From Octopus sinensis (Eukaryota), in the NCBI RefSeq assembly GCF_006345805.1, contig NC_043002.1, forward strand, positions 56,668,001 to 56,732,000: a DNA stretch of 64,000 nucleotides, given 5' to 3'. The notes below the pieces were generated by a model. The model did no database searches and had not been told where the DNA came from. It was given only the letters and a program-made list of their open reading frames with translations. Of this stretch, positions 47,956 through 62,373 are shown piece after piece (within the stretch, counting starts at the first letter, position 1; every line of letters begins with the position of its first letter). A program made the translations under genes and the position numbers.

Positions 47956-50919
47956 AAAATACATTTGATAGAATAATCTGAATACTAAAGGTTTAAATAT
48001 TCTTATGGAAACTAAGAACTAATAAAACTAAACTATAATTCTAGGAATATGTCTTCATTTCTGTGGAAGCTGTGTTTCTAATACTAAGTTATTTCCTATA
48101 AATTATGAGTGTCTCTGTATTGTATTATTGATAGCCACATTCTGCCTGCAAAGCTTAAATAAAATAAAAAAGATTTGCACAAATTGTTGCAGCAAGTGCT
48201 GCTTGAGTTGTTTTCCTTTTCAGCTTCAGCTTTTTTAACAGTATGTGTGTGTGTGTGTGTTTGTACTCTTCTGCTTGTCAACAGGTATTGGTTTGTTTAT
48301 GTCTCTTTAAATGAGCAGTTCAGCAAAATAGACTGTTAGAATAAGTACCAGACTTGAAAGAAGTGCTAGGATCAATTTGAATAAAACTCCAGCATGGCCA
48401 CAGTTCAATGGCTGAAACATAAAAGAAGATAAAAGAAAATAATATGAATGTATGCACATACATGTATATGCATGTGTCAATATTATCACCTTTTGTGAAA
48501 CGTTAGCACTCCGGGAAAAATGCTTAGTAGTATTTCATCTGTCTTTATATTCTGAGTTCAAATTCCTCCGAGGTTGACTTTGCCTTTCATCCTTTTGGAG
48601 TCGATAAATTAAGTACCAGTTGAGTACTGGGTGTCGATCTAATCCACTGGCCTCCTCCCCCAAAATTTCGAGCCTTGTGCCTACAGTAGAAAAGAATATT
48701 ATTACCTTTTGTGCTACCACTGATTCGATGGCTTTGCAGAACCATATTCAACAGAGGCCTCTTCTAAGTCTTATGCCAGTGTCTTTTGCCTGGATGGAAC
48801 TTCAGAATTAGTGCCTCTGATATCAGAAAAACTTTTTAATTTGATAAACAAAGCTGCCTACTTGTAGATCTGTCAGTTACTACTTCTCTAAAATTAAATA
48901 TACTCTGTCTCTTAACTCATTCTAACCCAGGTTAACCCTGTCGAAATTTTGAAGATAGTTATATAAATAGGGATAACAAATATACGAAAGCATTGAGTTT
49001 AACCTTTATTGCAGTAAACAAACCAAATACAAGTGTTCTCAAACAAGGACAGTGAATTAAAATGGGTTAAGCAGGTAACACTACCTGATATCTCCTTTGT
49101 TCTACACATATGAGGTGTGAAATGAGTCGCTCTACGTCTTTTAGCTTCACGTGATTGTATTAAGTATACAGAACCCCCATGGACAGAGATCAAGAAGAAT
49201 CTACAATGGAGAGCTGGCACCCTCATCTAGTTTAACTGCTTAAAATTATCAATACTCAGTGGTACTCTGTATCAAATAATAGAAAAGTTTAGTGTTGTAG
49301 TATTTTTGTTTTACAATTTCATTACCATCATTTGTCTACAAGGGTGGGATGGAGTTTATGGAGGCAGACTTTCTATAGCCAGATGTTCTTGTCACCAATA
49401 TTCACCTATTTCCAAGCAAGGTAATATTTCTGCATGGTCAGACATGTTTTCACAGAATATTGGAAGTGAATGACACTGCTTGTATGACAGTGATGTCAAA
49501 GCAAGGACAAACATGTACATACACTCACACATACATGTGCGTGCGTGCATGGCTTTCAGTTTCTAGCTACCCACTTCCAAGGCTTTGGTCAGCTCTGAAC
49601 TATAGTAGAAGACCCTTCTACCATAGTATGACCCAATTGTACCTTGTGGGAAGTGAACTTCTTAACTATGCAGCCATATCTGTGTCTATTCATCCAACTG
49701 TTAAGCACTCAGACTGACTGATGAAATAAGCAAACTCTGACCATCTGACAATGTGGTCCAGTGGTCTAGCACCTTAATAATTACATTGTATATTCTACCA
49801 ATGGTAGTAGTTAATGTCACCTGCTTTTCAACCCTTCATTGGTTTTGTCTTCTTATTTCCCTTGCATTACATTCTTCCTTATATAATGGTTATTGTCTCT
49901 AATGAAGTATAGTGGTGATTCTATTGAGTTTTGATTCCTAGTTTAGGTTATTTCGCTTGATCTATGTCACAAAAGCTTTGCTTTATCCCAATCACTTCTC
50001 CTCTAAAAATGATCTGTACATTATCATGAGATGTAAATAGGATTCATTTGAAATTGCTTGTAGGAAATGAAGTGAAGTGTGTAGAGGGTAGACTGCAAGA
50101 GGAGGCATGTATCAACCTTGAAATAGTTTAATGACTTTGAACAGCGAAAGGGCCAAATATAAAAGTGGTATAAGGTTCAATGTGGAAAGAAATGGGTGTA
50201 GCAAAGTTTGTTGTTGCTTTAAGCATTCCATGTATTTGATTATCTTTTTATCTTCAAACAGCAGACAAATAAATCATAAAAGTTTCGACTTGTAAATTCT
50301 GTAAATCTATCTACTTTTGAGTATTTTTATCAGTTTGGTGCCAATTCTTGTTACTTTCACTCACTTAGAAAGATACTGATATGATACTTAAATTCTGCTT
50401 AATCGTATCTGTTTCTGTTCTTCCAATGAATGTTGTCTTTCTTTAATCCAAACAGGTGTAACACTTATTGGGTTTGTGCACCATTATTACAAAATTCGTT
50501 TAGATAAGTCTTGACTTCTTTGTCAAGTCCAAGTATATAATTTCCTTATAACATAGTCTAGAGTTAAAGCACTGTTGTACAAATGTAGATATTCATCTAC
50601 AATTCAATAATTCTTTTTCTTTTTTAAATATTCTCTTTTGTTAAAACAAATAGCAGAATAAAACAAGTCTGTCTGTGTGTTTACATCAGATGTTTAGCCA
50701 TGTGCTACAACTAAGATATAATTGTTCTTGGGAACCTGAGCCAATATACAAATGTTCTTTTGGCATATTTTCTTGTTAAATTAGATACCCCACGAGTTAA
50801 GATATCCAGTTTGCTGGTTTGTTTGAACCTTTTTGATACCAACTAGCCTGAGACTATTTTGTTATGGTACAAATTACCTATTTTAAAGTTATCTAAATTT
50901 CACCAAAACTTAGTTATCT

Positions 50920-51146
50920 TTAACTCTTTAGCATTTAAACTGGTCATGTCTAGCAATAATATTCTATTTGTTTTATGTTCAAACCAGCCAGATTCAACCT
51001 CTCAAATTACCCTACAATGTCATTCTTGAAATAAATAATTATGTCTTTGAAATCTCAAAACTACAAGATAATCCATGATTAATTCAAAACAATGTGAATA
51101 AACAAGCATTACAGTTGACAGAGTAATCTGGATGCTAAAAGGTTAA
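50920..51146 (-). mobile_element. P1 MITE nested at a TTAA site inside a P2 MITE (50824-51275)
   Basis: ttaactctttagcattt..gatgctaaaaggttaa, after which the P2 body resumes (tttatgttccaacacc). Confidence 0.8.
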
Positions 51147-51439
51147 TTTATGTTCCAACACCTGTTTAATAACAACAAAGTTGTTTTACCAAATTCTTCA
51201 TTGTTTTGAAAAATTAATTGAAATAAGACAGATGTATTTCAACTTTCAACAGAAACAGGGTAGTGAAATGATTAAACTACATTTAAATAGAATTCTTGCC
51301 ATAACCATCTTTAGTAGGTAAAGTTTAATATTTAAAGGGTGTGGTTATCTTTAAAAAGGTTTGCTTTTAAAAAGGCTACTACATTGAAGGGAAACTTTAT
51401 ACATTGAAGCCTGTTTCCCACTTAAATAATAGATAATAA

Positions 51440-52160
51440 TAATGATAATGCTTCAATTTTAGCACAAGGCCAGCAATTTTAAGGGGATGGAATTAATTGA
51501 TTATATCGACCCCAGTACTTGACTGGTACTTTATTTTATTGATCTTGCAATTATGAGAGGTAAAGTTGATATCAGTAGAACTTGAGCTTGGAACATCAAG
51601 TGTTTGAAGAAATGTCACCCACTGAGCATTTTGTCTGATTCACCAACTATTCTGCTAGCTTACTTCTTCAATCATGATTATAATAAGTAAATAATAATGA
51701 TGATAATGATAATAATATTAAGGCGGTGATCTGGCAGAAACGTTAGTGTGCCAAGTGAAATGCTTAGCAGTATTTCGTCCATCTTTATGTTCTGAGTTCA
51801 AATTCCTCCATGATTGACTTTGCCTTTCATCCTGCATACTGGGGTTGATCTAATCGACTGTTCTCTTCCCCAAAAATTTTGGGCCTTGTGCCTAGAGTAG
51901 AAAAAGATAATAATGATAACAATAATAATAATAATGATGACGATTTTAAATTTTAGCATAGGGATAGCAGTTTTTGAAGGGAGGGAGAAGTCAATTATAT
52001 TGACCCCCCAGTACTTATTGTATCAACCCTGAAAAATGAAAGGCAAAGTTAACTATGACAGCATTTGAACTCAGAGCATAAAGCTGGCCAACATGCTGCC
52101 AAGCATTTTGTCTGGTGTGCTGATGGTTCTGCCAAGCTTGCTGCTTTATAATGAAAATAA
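51440..52160. mobile_element. Three SINE B copies in alternating orientation (-,+,-) separated by (AAT)n
   Basis: Copies at ~51455-51665, 51720-51910 and 51945-52148. Confidence 0.8.
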
Positions 52161-52865
52161 TAATATCATTTTTATGTCCAAAAAAATTTTCAAGTAGGTG
52201 TCAGCTGTCTACATGGTACAAACACTGGTATTTGATTGATACATAAAACTGTTTGATTATTAAATGTCTTTCTTGTTTCCAGCCTCTGAATACTGAGGCT
52301 TGAGATGAAACAGATTTTAGCCATTGCTCAAAAATTACAAAGGTTATTATTAGACCCTTCATTTAACATTTGTTTTTGTAGTACTAAGTTGTTTTGGTAA
52401 ATCTCACCCACCCAATATAATGTTGGCAGTCTATTGCAAGTGTCCCTTTCTGTTACTATTTGGCTCCTATTTTTTTAGGAGAATTAAAAGTATCTTCTCA
52501 GAACACAAAATTCCTGCTACTGAATATCAATTTATGATATTGATCTCTTCGTCTATGAAGTCTGTTTCGTTTTGCTGAGGGTCATGATAAGACAGAAACA
52601 CATAATCATCATGATTGTTTTAATGTCCACTTTTGCATGCTCCATGGGTTGGATGGAATTTGTTCAGGCAGCTTTTCTATGGGTGGATGCCATTCTTGTC
52701 ACCAACCCTCGCCTATTTCCAAGTAAGGTAATATTTCCCCATGATCAGATTTGTTTTGGAAAATTGGAAACAAAGGAAGTTGCTTGCATGATAGTAACAC
52801 TTATTAACAACTATCATGTGATGTCAGGGACGCATACACTACACACATACACAACTATATATATA

Positions 52866-52911
<46 letters not shown>

Positions 52912-53488
52912 GCAATGGGTTTCTTTCAGTTAATATCTACCAAATCCACTCATAAGGCTTGGTTGGCTTTATCAATTAATATCTTAGTGTTATTCAATAT
53001 TATAACAGAGAAGTTAGCTAACTGTGTGTGTGTGTGTGTGTGTATTAAACTTGATTGAACAGGCTTCTGATATTACTGTCATTTATAAAATGTTTATTGC
53101 CCACCTGGAGAGTGTTAACTTTTGTGCCATAATTCAGAATGAATGTATGATGATTTTAAGGAAGAAAATATCTTCATATTTTGAGGAAGACCAAATTGTA
53201 TTGGTTTTTTTATTATTATTATTAGTTTTTTTTATTAAGAAAAAGAAAACCCTGAAATGAAGCATTTACTAAAAAAAAAAAACAGCTGAACCCTTTTCGT
53301 TAGCATATTTCTTTTGAAATATACTTCCTTTGTTTCAATTAATTTTGAAAATAATGAATCATGTGATGGGACCTGATGGAGAAGATGCCTGAAGACTACC
53401 CCAATAACTCTTCCAGGAACAATGGGACGAGAAAATGGATGGATGGATGAATGAATGAATGAATAGATGGACGGACTGAGATAACCCA

Positions 53489-53712
53489 TTAATCCTTTAG
53501 CATTTAAACTGGCCATAACTAGACCAAATGTTCTGTTTTAAGTTCAAACTGACCAAATCTAGCCTCTCACACCTACCCTACAATGTCATTCTAAAAATTA
53601 GCAATCACGTCCTCAAAATCTCAAAGCTACAAGATAAGCCATGATTAATTCAAAGCAATGTGAATAAATAAGCATTACATTCGACAGAATAATCCAAATG
53701 CTAATGGGTGAA
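53489..53712 (-). mobile_element. P1 MITE
   Basis: ttaatcctttagcatttaaactggcc..aatgctaatgggtgaa. Confidence 0.75.
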
Positions 53713-53754
53713 GCTGTTCAGCCAGTTTATTAATCTCTTTACCAATCTCAGCAT

Positions 53755-54040
53755 TTCATTGTCATCATCATTATTATCATCATCATCATGCTGGCATGGG
53801 TTGGATGGTTTAACTGAGGTCTGGTGAGCTAGCAGCTGCACCAGGCTCCAATCTGATCAGGCAGTGTTTCTACAGCTGGATAGCCTTCCTAACGCCAACA
53901 GGCAGTGTTTCTACAGCTGGATAGCCTTCCTAACGCCAACCACTCCGAGTGTAGTGGGTGCTTTTACATGCCACCAGCATGAGAGCCACTCAGGTGGGCC
54001 TAGCATCGATCACGTTCAGATGGTGCTTTTTACATGCCAC
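53755..54040 (-). mobile_element. RTE 3' UTR fragment with an internal 41-bp tandem duplication
   Basis: (CAT)n, catgctggcatgggttgg, and duplicated caggcagtgtttctacagctggatagccttcctaacgccaa. Confidence 0.75.
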
Positions 54041-55260
54041 TACCTCTAATACCAACTGGTGAGGGATATTTTCCTTTGCATAGGAAAGAAGTGTATCAGA
54101 TAATAAACCTGGAATAATTAGACCAAGGGGTCTTGTTTAGTGTGAGTGTCATGAGTGGGAGATATTGTTTAGTTCTTTATCTTGTTAACTGTTCTAATTT
54201 GTAATGTCACAAGTAAACAGTTCTTGCATGTAATCTGTTTAAAAAAGGGTTATTTTTTATTGATCTCAAATTTGTAGACTTTTCATATGAATGGTTTGTT
54301 GTAGGTTTACTCATATGCTATTGATTGTTACAATGTTGGTTGTGGTATGGTTCAGAAACCACAGAAGATCATGTGTACATAAGCAGCACGCCTCTCTGGA
54401 AAATACACATGCAACACAATACACGCACACATGCATCACGCGCGCACACATACACACAAATAATGTGTGTAATTGACACTTGAAAGACTAGGTTAATGAT
54501 GGAAAATTTCCACAACCCACTTAGATTGAGAATGTTAAAGTTATCCTCTGAAATCAATTCATAACAAATTAAATTTTTTTAGAATGAAATGTCTTCATTG
54601 CTTCCAGAAGACTTGATCCTTTCATCATCATTGTCAGTTAACATCTCTTTCATGCCGGCATTAGTTGGACAATTTGAGTTACATTTTTGTGTGAATTTTG
54701 TTTTAATCACTTTGGGGCACTTTCTTCCATTTTAGCCTTGTGTTTTGTGTCTTGTTTTGACGTCGCATCATGGTTGCCATTGTCTTACAAACAGTGTCAT
54801 TCGTTTCCAATATTCTGTGAAAACCTGTTTGGATGTGAGAGAATATTGCTTTACTTGGAATCAAGTGTTGGTGATAGGAAGAGCATCTGGCTCTAGGAAT
54901 CTGCTTTAGTAAACTCCAGCATGGAAAAGTGGTTATTAAAATGATGATGATATCCAAACTACAGGCCAATGAGTCAACAGAATTAGGCTTTTGCAAGATA
55001 CTTGGTAACCCTGTTGGTGCCACATAAAAAGCACCCAATACACTCTGTAAAGTGGCTAGTGTTGGGAAGGGCATCAAACTGTTGAAACAGACAACGGGAA
55101 CTAGTGCAGCTCCTATCAAACCATCCAACCCATGCCAACATGGAAAACAAATGTTGAATGATTATGATGATGAACGATGATTTAGTCCAATCTTTCTGCA
55201 TTCTAAGTTAAAATCCCAGCTGCATGAAATGTATTTTCATCTCACTGTGTCTCATAGAGT

Positions 55261-55557
<297 letters not shown>

Positions 55558-55615
55558 CTCTAAGGTAGATTCAAATTGAATTTACTCCTTCCTCTTTGCA
55601 AAATTAGCTTTGTGC

Positions 55616-55840
55616 TTAACCTGTTATTATCCAGATTACTCTGTCAAATGTACTCTTTGTTTATTTATATTTGAATTAATCATGCATTATCTTGTAGTTC
55701 AGAGATTTCAGTGATGTGATTGTTTAGTTTTAGAATGACATTTTAGGATTGAGGTGAAAGGCCAGATCTGGCCAGATTTAACATACAACAAGTTAACATT
55801 TTGGCCAGATATGGCACAGGTTTGAATGCTAAAGGATTAA
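55616..55840 (+). mobile_element. P1 MITE
   Basis: cagattactctgtcaaatgt..aatgctaaaggattaa. Confidence 0.75.
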
Positions 55841-56919
55841 TCAAAAGAAATATATATACTTCCAAAATCAGGCTAATTGATCACCTTGTTATACTCCCTT
55901 AATTGCTCTTATTCAACTGCCAAAACATTATGTGCCTCTGTTGTTACCTGTGTGTTCATCATCATCATCTTCATTTTAATGCCTACTTTTCCATATTTGC
56001 ATGGTTCAGAATTTGTGTCAGATTTTCTCTGGTCAAATCCTCTTCCTATTGCCCTTACCTGTTTCCAAGCAAGGTAATATTTCCCCATCACCAGACATTC
56101 TCACAAAATAGTGGAAATGAATGAAATTTATTTACAACAATCAGATGATATCAACACAAAAGAGACACAGGCATATGCACTCTAGCACGTACATGCGCAA
56201 GCTTTCTTTCAGTTTCCGACTATCAAATCCTTTCACAAGGCTCTGGTTGACCTGATACAAGAGCAGAAAACACTAGCCCAAAGTGCAATGCAGGGGGCTG
56301 AACCCAAAACCATGTGGTTGGGAAGTTAGCAAGTCTAAATATTTATTCAGTTTCTTTTGAACAAAGATAAAAACTGGGAAGAATAAAATGCAATAGTGAA
56401 ACAAAATTGTTACAGAAAAAAAGGAGAAAAAAGGGGGAATCCTGTCATACACACACAGAGGCACAGTTACTTTGCAGTAGATTTTGTTTCAGGTATCAAC
56501 AACCTTAATAATTAATAGTACACAACACTGACCACATATGTATTAAAAATTTGTGTTTACATTTATTAATTTCTTTTAGTTAGAATTGATTAAAATGGTT
56601 CTTTTAGTTAAGTTGGAGAAAGGTTAAAGCAGATGCACATCAAATGTAGCCCCAGTTGTCATATTTTAGTTTCGGCTATTACGGTTCAGAGTTTAAAAAA
56701 CTTAGGTCAACATTATATTTTCTGTCTGGCTCTAAATAACTAACTTTGGTCATCACTAAACTTTGTTGTGTTACCAATTACTGAACTTTGCTTTGTTTTA
56801 TTACTATTTGTATTTCTTGGTGGAACTGGTTTACAAATTTCTCTTCAAAATAATCATCTTGCTATCGTCACAGTTCTGACATTATCGTATGCAATCTATA
56901 TATAGGAAAGATTTGTTAT

Positions 56920-57137
56920 TTAACCCTTTGGCATTCAGATTACCCTGTTAAATGCAGAGCTTATTTATTCACATTGTTTTGAATTAATTATTTATTATCT
57001 CGTAACTTCAAGATTTTGATGATGTGATTGTTTATTTTTAGTATGACATTTTAGGTTAGGTGTGAGAGGCTGGATGGGGACAATTAAACTTAAAATAGTT
57101 GGGCCAGGTATGGCTGGCTTAAATGCTGAAGGGTTAA
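56920..57137 (+). mobile_element. TTAA-flanked piggyBac-like MITE, family P1
   Basis: ttaa ccctttggcatt ... aatgctgaaggg ttaa. Further copies near 30186, 50920, 53489, 55616, 57270 and 61091. Confidence 0.8.
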
Positions 57138-58824
57138 ATTTTTTATTGTTGGTTCCTAAGAGGGGCTTGATATTCTTGGAAATGTATTTCTTATAAAAGG
57201 TTTGGCCTAGAGGCTATGGTATTGCATTCATGATTGCAAAATCATGGTTTCAATCCCCAGATCAGGAATCTAAACCAGTTTTATGGTCAAAACTGGCTAG
57301 ATCCAGCCTTTCACACCTACCCTATTGTGTCATTCTAAAAACCAATATTCACATCATCAAAATCTCAAAGCTATGAGATAATGCATGATTAATTTAAAAC
57401 CTGAATAATATTAAGCATTTACATTTGACAGTAAAACAATTGTGTGTAGCATGAAAATCTAGTTTCATAATATTACTTATTAAAATAGCAATTAACAGAG
57501 ACACGACTTTGTTGCTGTTTGTGTGTTTACACTGAAGATCCTCATACTTTTACAAAACATTTGTAAATTCCTGTCTTTTACATCTCTTGCATCATTTGCT
57601 ATTTCAAACCTAATAAATATTAGTTGTGGCCAGAAATGACCTTCTAAGCTGTCTCATTGACTCATTACATTTTATTAAAGGCTGCTGCAAACATTTTATA
57701 CTATACTTATTAGCTTGGGGAAATCATTGCAACTAGAATGGTGGTGATGTTGTTGATGGAAATTATGGGTGTGGTGGTGGTGGTGTTCTATTTTCCTCTT
57801 TTAGCTTGTTTGTATAAAAGTCTGTGAATTTAGTTGCTTCCAGGAATTGCTGAAACACTTATATGGTTGGCTACATTCCTTATAAGATGTTCATCTTAAC
57901 TATGTAGCCGTTTGCTTATTTCATTCTTTGTTTAATGTCTGTTTTTTTTTTTAATTATTTATTTGTGCTGGCACGGGTTAGATGGGGACTTAACTGAGGC
58001 AAGATTTTATGACCAGATGTTCTTCCTGTCACCCATCCTTACTTGGTTTTCAAGTTGGGGGATTTCTATTTTCTTTCCAATTCCACAGTTTTTTGAAAGC
58101 CCAGAACAATTTGGTTGTAATGTCAACTCTGAAAATGAATACCATGTCACTGTTTCACTCAACTGCTGGCAAGTAATGCTCTAGAATATAAATATTCATG
58201 CACACGCATGCACACATACAAAATGGGCTTCCATACAGTTTTCATTTACTAAATTCACTTACATGGCACTGGTCAGTCTCGAGCTGTAATTAATTACTCA
58301 AGGTGATATGCAGTGGGACTGCCCTCTGTTGTGCTGTGATGCAAAAGACAAGTATTAACAAAAGTGTGAGTCTTCATTATAAACAAAAATCTCTATCATT
58401 AGAAACACATCATCTCTATCCTTCCTTCTCCCTTCCCAGCTGGAGAAACTGCTGGAATGGGCTCTGCTCCTTGGAACTTTAGGGTTACCCTCTTTTAACA
58501 TTCAAACCTGTTGCAATTTATTTCACTACTTTCTCCTACTCAAACCTTGTCTTGAACCCTCTCCCCTCCCTCTCTTACCCACCATCTCTTTGTTTTTATT
58601 GTTGTTTCATCACCACTACTAGTTCTTCCCCCACCCATCCAGTATAAAATAACTAGGAATATGTTGACAGTATAGCATATCACCATTCTTTTCAACCCTA
58701 TGTCACATTGAGTATGATGCCTTTTCCTTCCTCAAAGTGTCAGCTTGGATGTCTTTTGAATGGAAATTGAATGTAACCTTGACAACTTGATCCTCTGCCA
58801 TCTTCAGTGTGGTGGCCGAATATT

Positions 58825-59045
58825 CCACCTTATGTCTTCTTTGGTCGTCTATCAATGTGTACCATTCACTGTCAGCAAACATTGATCTTTGTCTATAATT
58901 CCCAGCCGCTTTCTCATCTCATTAGCACTCTGACTTTTATGCAAATCTAGGTCACAAATTCAAATTAATGCTATTCATTCTCTGGTCATTTCTCTCCCAT
59001 CTTCATAGATCTTCCATGTTCATTGACTGCATGCCATGACCATGC
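58825..59045 (-). mobile_element. Old RTE LINE 3' coding fragment
   Basis: Minus strand: MNMEDL*RWERND, ICDLDLHKSQSANEMRKRLGI, LTVNGT, RRPKKT. Confidence 0.55.
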
Positions 59046-60877
59046 TACAGCATAATTATTACACATGTTAGAGTAACTATAGTTGCTAATAATAATTCTC
59101 TCCTTTTTTGTGTGTGCCATTCATGTTTTGCATCTCTGTTTAAATTCATCAAGTTTTACTCAAAGTGCTTTATTGCAAGAATCACAGTTCATACAGTTCC
59201 TTCCTTCCTTTCTTGTATTATCTTTTCAAACTCTTTAACCCAGCATTAATTTCACCAAAGCTGTTCTGTTTTTAGACCCTTATTTGATGCAGAAAGAGGA
59301 TGAAACACATTTTGTGTTTGTGTCATCACAGTGTTATATTTAAATAGTGACAGATTCTGTTGATTATCTTTTACCCTTTTACTTATCTCAGTCATTGGAC
59401 TGTAACCATGCTGGAGCATCACTTTGAAAGGTTTTCGTTGAACAAATTGACCCTAGTACTTGTGTTTTTTTTTTTAAAGTCTGGTATTAATTTTATTGAC
59501 CACTTTAATTGAGCCACTAAGTTACAGGGTTGTAACAAACCAACACCAGTTATCAACACACGCACACATGTGTGCGCTGGGTTTCCTCACAGTTTCTGTT
59601 TACCAAATTTGTTCATGAAAGCACTGGTGAGGGTGCCACATAAAAAGCACCCAGTACACTCTGTAAAGTGGTTGGCATTAGGAAGGGCATCCAGCTGTAA
59701 AAACCATGCCAAAACAGTGCAGCTCTTGGCCTTACCAGCTCCTGTCAAGTCCATGGCAACATGGAAAACAGATGTTAGATAAAGATGGGCTAAATAGTAG
59801 TGCAAAACACTTAATATGGTGTTCCAGTAGTTTTTGTTATCATGCTGTCTTCACAATATTTTTTGAGATAAAAATGTTAAATTAATATGAGCTTCCTTCT
59901 TAGAATATAATGAAATATTGTTATTCTTATTTTAAACTCATTTACATATTTTCAACTAGCAAAACATTGAAAGTATTAAGTCTTCGGTATATTCATGTGT
60001 GCAATGCAATAATCCCAGTTTCTAATATAACCACCGTGAATAATGTTTCTGTATAAAACATGAGCAAAAAACTGCTGCTAATAGTTTCAAATCCATCAAA
60101 GAATGGATTTTTTTTAACACACACACTCACTCTCACTCTCTCAGCTCATGTACCCACACGCTGACACAAATGTATGTAGGTGTATACATACATACATATA
60201 TATATTATATATATATATATATATAAAAAGCTGAATGTTGGCATACAGTTAAGTATTGTAGGGCTATAAAATATCGTTAAATGACAAGATTTACATAGCA
60301 GTTGCTTTCTCGTTTGGAAATGAAAATACTGTCTTCTAATGACATAAACTATTTTGTCTCTCATGTTGAATAAAAATAATAGATTTGGTTTCATTTATCA
60401 TGTACAGAAAAAATGGAAATAGCGAGGGAGAGTAAGAGAGAGAAATCAGTAATTTTTAAAATCATTTAAAAAAAGAAAAAAGAATCTCTCTGCTCCTTCT
60501 CCTCCTCTCTCTCTCTTCTTCCTCCTCCCCTCTCTCTCCTGCTATTCACATTGGAACAGTCTTATAGTCTCATGGTTGTGCTTATTCAAGCTGAAAGTTA
60601 ATTGCACATTGCCAGAGAAATGCATGTTTGTCAAAAGGAATCAGTGCCTTTTTAAAAGGGAGCAGATTGGAATTGCTATATAAAAGCAGATTGCATAGGT
60701 ATAAAAAGGAAGAAAATGGAATTAATGCCTGGTTTTTATAATAACTACCTTACAAAGAACTTTTAAGATAAATGAAAAAAATGTTGGGTTGGGGGGGCAG
60801 TTGTGTGGTGTGTCTTTGGGTTTTTGAAATTTGATTGTGGAAGTGGTTGCTGTTGTCACCACCACCACCACCACCAC

Positions 60878-60914
<37 letters not shown>

Positions 60915-61090
60915 TCTTCTTCTTCTTTCTGAATTTCAATAAAAGGCTTTGCAGCAGTTGACAGGAGAATGGAATCACTTTTTAAAGAAATAGTGATTTA
61001 GTAAGTCAAACCTTCTAGTCATGAAATGAGTTTGATTAAAGATTTGAGAGATGAGAGCAACTTATAAGTGGTGTTGATCACCAACCATGG

Positions 61091-61316
61091 TTGAACCCTT
61101 TAGATTACTCAGTCAAATGTAAGATTTATTTATTCACATGGTTTTGAATTAATCATGCTTTAGCTTATAGCTTCAAGGATTTTGATAATGTGATTGTTTA
61201 TTTTTAAAATGACATTGTAGGGTAGGTGCGAGAGGCCAAATCTCTTGCCAGTTTGAACATAAAACAAGGTCAGATATTTGTGCCAGATATGGCTGGTTTA
61301 AATGCTAAAGGCTTAA
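61091..61316 (+). mobile_element. P1 MITE
   Basis: ttgaaccctttagattactc..aatgctaaaggcttaa. Confidence 0.75.
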
Positions 61317-61886
61317 AAGCCCTTCAGAGACAGGGGAAAAGGCTTTTAAAAAACGTACCATGCCACTTCTTTTCATTCTTTGTGAATGTTTGTTTGAAGA
61401 GCATTATTGTTATTACTTACTTCCTTAACTATCAACTTTGTATTGTTATATAATATATCCTGTTATGTTACTGCTCACTATCGGAGGGATCAGTGATAAG
61501 GACAAGGAAGAGGAGAATAAGGGGTGTTATAAGAAAAGGCCATGTGAACAGATACAAGATGGCTATTGGCTATGAGCTTGCTCCATGTCCGGGAGTATGT
61601 GTGAAAGAATCTAGTTTCAAAGGACAACAACGACTAGTAAAATGACTAATTATTTTGTAATATAGTTCCTTTAATAAGAATGGAAACATATCTTTTCTCC
61701 TTCCTTTAACAACTTTTGTAGGAGAGATAATGAACTTGTTGAGTGGTTGTATTGTAATTAAAACTATGGAAGAAAGTATGTAGAATCATAGATGTATTAC
61801 TGATTATGCATAGGAGCATCATAAAGCTGCTGGCTGTAGATAAAACCATTATTGACTCTAATTCTGACAGTCAAAAATTTTTATTT

Positions 61887-61948
<62 letters not shown>

Positions 61949-62332
61949 TCTTTTATTCTTTTACCTCTTTGTCATTTGACTGTGGCCATGCTGGAGCACT
62001 GCCTTTAGTCAAAGAAATTTACCTCAGGACTTATTCTTTCTAAGCCTAGTACTTATTCCATCCGTCTCTTTTGCTGAGCTGCTAGTTTACAAAACCATAA
62101 ACACACCAACACCGGTTGTCAAGCGATGGGGGTGCATGACAAATACAGATACACAAGCACGCACACACACACACACACGTGACAGGCTTCTTTCAGTTTC
62201 CATCTACCTTGTGGTAGATGGAATCTGCTCACAAGGTTTTGGTTGGTCTAAAGCTATAGTAGAACCCAGAACCATGTGGTTGGGAAGCAAGCTTCTTACC
62301 ACTCAGTCACACCTGCGTGTGTGTGTATATTA

Positions 62333-62373
<41 letters not shown>

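Noticed and set aside
49015-49080. AG...GT bounded candidate for the next ataxin-7 exon
   Set aside because: In-frame TGA in phase 1, and it lacks the expected (E)xRH continuation of the zinc finger.
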